The translations under genes and the position numbers were made by a program. Shown here piece by piece: positions 62,332 through 64,000 of a DNA stretch of 64,000 nt. Under the pieces are notes generated by a model. That model saw only the letters and a program-made list of their open reading frames with translations. It did no database searches and was not told the DNA's origin. The stretch comes from Hypanus sabinus (Eukaryota), in NCBI RefSeq assembly GCF_030144855.1, contig NC_082722.1, positions 27,590,001-27,654,000 on the forward strand, written 5' to 3'. How positions within the stretch are numbered: the first letter of the stretch is position 1; each line of letters starts with the position of its first letter.

Positions 62332-63454
62332 GCGAGTTTCTGCAAGTTTTCTCTAAAAAAAATACTCGGAATAGAATTCTAATTCATCTGTCAATTTAAC
62401 AAGAAATAATTTGTACCTTGTGTTTATGGGAACTAATACGCTACATGAGAATAGAATTTCACTGGCGAGACTGCTGGTGACATCATGGAAAATCTGGGGT
62501 CAAAGACTTCATCTCTCTGATACCTGATATTTATGTGTTAGTCATTCGCTGAGAGCATTGAATGGAAACCAATTAATTTGCAGATTAAAGGACACGATAA
62601 ACCGGTGTCAGGGGAAAAGCATTCTCCTCTCTGATGAATTAAATAAGGGACCGCAGCTAGTAGATGTTCAGTTTAATTTGACATCGTGTTCGCAACAGAC
62701 AACTTGGCCAAACGTCACATTCCTGTGCTGTACTCGTCCATTGTTACCTTAAACACAGTGTTAAGGGAATCAGGAACAGGCAGACGACATTACTTAAAGT
62801 TGCAATGTCGAGAGTTGTCTTTTTATCTAAAACTTTCAACGATACTTTTAAAGGCTCGAATGAAATGGTAAGTAAAGTCATGTCGCTTTGCATTCGGCTA
62901 ATATCGTTTGATCGTTAATTGGAAAACAGGGTAATTAATGCAAAAACAACATTGCAGATCTTTGTAATCCGAAATTAATCAGAAAACATCGGGAACCTTC
63001 TTTGAAAAGGGGAGAATGCAAATCATTTCTCTGCATGACCTCGTGAAAAATTGTGGCTTGCTCAGTGTTTCCTATGTCTTCCACTCAGTAGTAGCAAGCA
63101 GTAGTTTTAATTTTTCAGTCAGCTAACTCCAGTTCAGCTCCCTATTAACCACTGAAGAATAATGGACATTCAGTTGTAACGTTTATCCAAAAAGAACGTT
63201 GCTGAAAACATTTCGGAATATGATTGTAATGAAGGCAGAGGTATTTAAAAGCCGATATTATAAAGGATTACCTCGTCTGGGGTATAAAATTGTCTCATAA
63301 ATTAGAAATTTAGATTTAAGGTCAATCATTTGGCCTAAACAGAGCTCTGCTTAACATTTAAAAACATCTTGATTTTTTTTCTGAGACTGTCATGTATTCA
63401 AGCATTTGAAATAAATAAACAATAATTTAAATGCTTAAAAAAAGAACGAAAGGT

Positions 63455-63770
63455 TTTCTGCCGAGACTGAAATGGCTCGCACGAGAGGGCACAGTTTTAC
63501 GGAGTTTGGAAGTTGCTACAGAGGAGATGTCAGATGCAAGTTTTTTACACAGAGAGTGGTGAGAGCGTGGGATAGGCTGCCGGCGACAGTGGTGGAGACG
63601 GATACAATAGGGTCTTTTAAGAGACTCCTAGATAGGTACATGGAGCTTAGAAAAATAGAGGGCTATGGGTAACCCTAGGTAATTTCTAAGGTAAGGACAT
63701 GATCGGCATAGTTTTGTGGGTTGAGGGGCGCGCATTGTGCTGTAAGTTTTCTTTGTTTCTAAAGAGTCTT
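63455..63770 (+). mobile_element. CR1 3' end (mirror of 26625-26920)
   Basis: ARTRGHSF..FFTQRVVRAWDRLPATVVE..FKRLLDRYM plus tail. Confidence 0.85.
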
Positions 63771-64000
63771 ATGCTTTCCTGTGCTTGTCCGTCCAACTAA
63801 CGCTGAACAAATTTCTGCTGTTGAATATATAGAGCTGTAGGGTTTATCTCTAAAGCATTTAAAACTAAAAATGCATCGGCAGTCTTATTCAATTGCCACC
63901 TAAGAGCTACCACGACAATCCCAACCATTCTCAAACGAGGCCAGTCTTTATCAGCCAACCGGTATTTAAATGCTTAGTAATCGGTCCACGTTACTGCTCC

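Larger units (their letters stand above)
40310..64000. repeat. Right arm of the large inverted duplication (continues past the window end)
   Basis: See the left arm. The last 260 bp of the window still mirror 26350-26620. Confidence 0.93.

Noticed and set aside
16555-64000. Recombination signal sequences (CACAGTG at 38283 and 62754, CACTGTG at 17981; also CACAGTG at 11058)
   Set aside because: None has a nonamer-like sequence at a 12- or 23-bp spacing.
25850-64000. Inverted duplication as an assembly artefact
   Set aside because: The arms differ by many substitutions, indels and arm-specific TEs with clean TSD and empty-site relationships, which a misjoin would not produce.
1-64000. CRISPR arrays, rRNA, tRNA or prokaryotic operons
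   Set aside because: No regularly spaced repeats or RNA-gene signatures were seen, and the sequence is intron- and LINE-rich vertebrate DNA.

Overview
Vertebrate genomic DNA, most likely a cartilaginous fish such as a ray (inferred from the repeat families and the Ig-gene type). Roughly half is decayed transposon sequence: CR1, RTE-BovB, Rex1, L1, R4/Dong and Penelope retroelements, a solo LTR, a Tc1 derivative and a Chapaev-like element. Most short ORFs in the track are noise or TE fragments. Two things stand out. (1) A minus-strand, non-rearranging antigen-receptor-like gene can be spliced in frame by hand: a VJ-type V exon (22845-22540, NKp30-like GNGTRLSV end), a C1 exon (18908-18615), a TM exon with an aspartate (18027-17917), and candidate cytoplasmic exons with an ITIM-like LIYKPL. 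(2) A large old inverted duplication is centred near 40.0 kb. Its left arm spans about 25.9-39.7 kb and its right arm runs from 40.3 kb off the window end. Both arms keep matching promoter-like modules and a matching 82-nt exon pointing outward, which predicts a head-to-head second copy of the receptor gene just beyond 64 kb. The arms also differ by large reciprocal gaps, one holding an unidentified two-exon ORF at 59.4-59.9 kb. Exon boundaries were read by eye; identities are visual estimates, not computed.
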